DNA of 64,000 bases, from NCBI GenBank assembly GCA_010356995.1, contig ML996695.1:691061-755060 (forward strand), written 5' to 3'. Positions 62,643 through 64,000 of the stretch are shown here, one piece after another. Under the pieces are notes generated by a model. The model had not been told where the DNA came from. It saw only the letters and a program-made list of their open reading frames with translations, and made no database searches. Source of the stretch: Trichodelitschia bisporula. Lineage: Eukaryota. Each line of letters starts with the position of its first letter. The stretch's first letter is position 1. The translations under genes and the position numbers were made by a program.

Positions 62643-63412
62643 ATAGGAAAGTTAGAATAAAATTTCTGATTTTGCATCTTTCTTCGGACATGGCCGCTAC
62701 TTTTAAGGACTCGCCCTCGCCCACCCCCCCATCCGATATGCCATGCATCAGAGCCATCGCGTAATGCACGCAGAGTGCGGATTGATGCCGCGCCGGCACA
62801 CGCAAGGTGCCGTCATGCAGCCAACTGACGGGAAATAGATGCAAAAGGCGGCTAAACTCCAAGTGCTGCAGCCGACAGCGGCGGTCTCGATAGTCGCGGG
62901 ACCAAACGAGGTCAAAGACCCATGCCCAAAGGTGGCAAGGCGGTGGGGCCTTTGGGGTTTAGCCGCCAGTTTACCGCTTGTGAGTGCATGATTAGTGGAT
63001 GACGCCAAACAGACGCGCAGAGGCGACTACGGGTGATGGCTTTTGGCCGAATGGAAGTCCAGAAAGTCGGATGAAACGGCATCTTCAAAATCTTGGACAT
63101 GAGGTCGCCTTGGATCAGGGGCATCCATCCAGGGCTCGAACTAGAACTAATACGGTAGAGGGAAATGTCATTGCGCTGAACTCGCGCTAAGTCAAAGAGG
63201 GGAGGCTGCTACAACTTTTTGGTCCAGATCAGTTTGTTCCCATTGGATGCATCTTCAGGGCTGCAAATCAAGGGCCTCCCGTGCCACCTGAGAATATCGC
63301 GGCCACTCCAATCCGCAAAACCTCCCATGAAAGGCGGCTACGACTTTTTTTCAGGTGGCGCTTGGACGGAGCGAGTGTGAAGAATCGCACGAAATCATGA
63401 CCTTTGAATGTA

Positions 63413-63421
63413 TCACGTGAC
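63413..63421. promoter_or_regulatory. E-box TCACGTGAC upstream of BBP/MSL5
   Basis: ATCACGTGAC about 170 bp before the ATG, followed by a CT-rich tract. Confidence 0.5.
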
Positions 63422-63587
63422 GCCAAGCTTCATGTCACTCTTTCCTGCAGTATAGCTGGCGTTCCGCCCGCCCCTCTCTCCTCCTCGACCTCAACCCCCA
63501 ATTCTCCATCGTACTCACTAACTCGCCATCAACCCTACCTCTCCATTTCGCACCACCTAGCCATCCCAACACATCCCAACCGTCGTT

Positions 63588-64000
63588 ATGGCATGGCGTG
63601 GTGCTCAAGGAATTACCGGGTCCAACAACATACCTCTCGGCAATCGTCGGCGTTTTGGCGGAGACGACTCGATTGAAAGCGAAACTCCTCCCCCGCCGTC
63701 CATCGGCGAGAAGCGCGGCCGTAGCCCGGTTCGCGACGTCAAGAGTGAAGGCGGCCAGCGTCGGAAGAAGCGCAACCGATGGGGCGACGCGAGCGAGAAC
63801 AAGGCGGCCGGTCTGATGGGTCTGCCCACGGCTGTCATGGCACACATGACTAGCGAACAGCTTGATGCCTATGTGCTCTACCTGCGCATCGAAGAGATCA
63901 GCCAAAAGCTGCGCATCAACGAGGTTGTGCCTGCAGATGGTGACCGATCTCCCTCGCCGCCGCCCCAGTACGACAACTTCGGTCGTCGCGTCAACACCCG
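63588..64000 (+). CDS. MSL5: Branchpoint-bridging protein BBP/Msl5/SF1 (5' partial, runs off the window)
   Basis: MAWRGAQGITGSNNIPLG...RRKKRNRWGD (ULM)...LRIEEISQKL...RSPSPPPQYDNFGRRVNTR. Missing from the ORF track because it has no stop in the window. Confidence 0.95.
   Translation, partial: MAWRGAQGITGSNNIPLGNRRRFGGDDSIESETPPPPSIGEKRGRSPVRDVKSEGGQRRKKRNRWGDASENKAAGLMGLPTAVMAHMTSEQLDAYVLYLRIEEISQKLRINEVVPADGDRSPSPPPQYDNFGRRVNT

Overview
Intron-containing genomic DNA from a filamentous ascomycete (Pezizomycotina; GT..CTRAY..YAG introns, mostly 45-75 nt). No rRNA, tRNA, CRISPR or recognisable transposon was seen. The left part (about 4.8-26.4 kb) is an accessory region rich in beta-glucan CAZymes. 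It holds an intact secreted GH16 glucanase, a giant (~2,100 aa) GH16 + Ser-rich + four PAN/apple-like module gene, a GH55 exo-beta-1,3-glucanase, a HEXXH metallopeptidase, CDC26 and a MutL (MLH2-like) gene. The GH16-PAN, GH55 and MutL genes each carry several frameshifts and premature stops, while the genes between and beside them are intact, which points to selective, recent gene decay. The right part is mostly housekeeping: SIN3, a GH3/PA14 beta-glucosidase, class I myosin, Polo kinase, OPA3, SLY1, a PNUTS/Ppn1-like PP1 regulator, an MFS transporter and the 5' part of BBP/MSL5. The best leads are the decaying mismatch-repair gene beside indel-riddled glucanase genes, an in-frame upstream exon with tandem 3' splice sites that could switch the GH3 between cytosolic and signal-peptide-like forms, and unusually long introns in SIN3 and the PNUTS-like gene. 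All exon boundaries were inferred by eye, without any database search.
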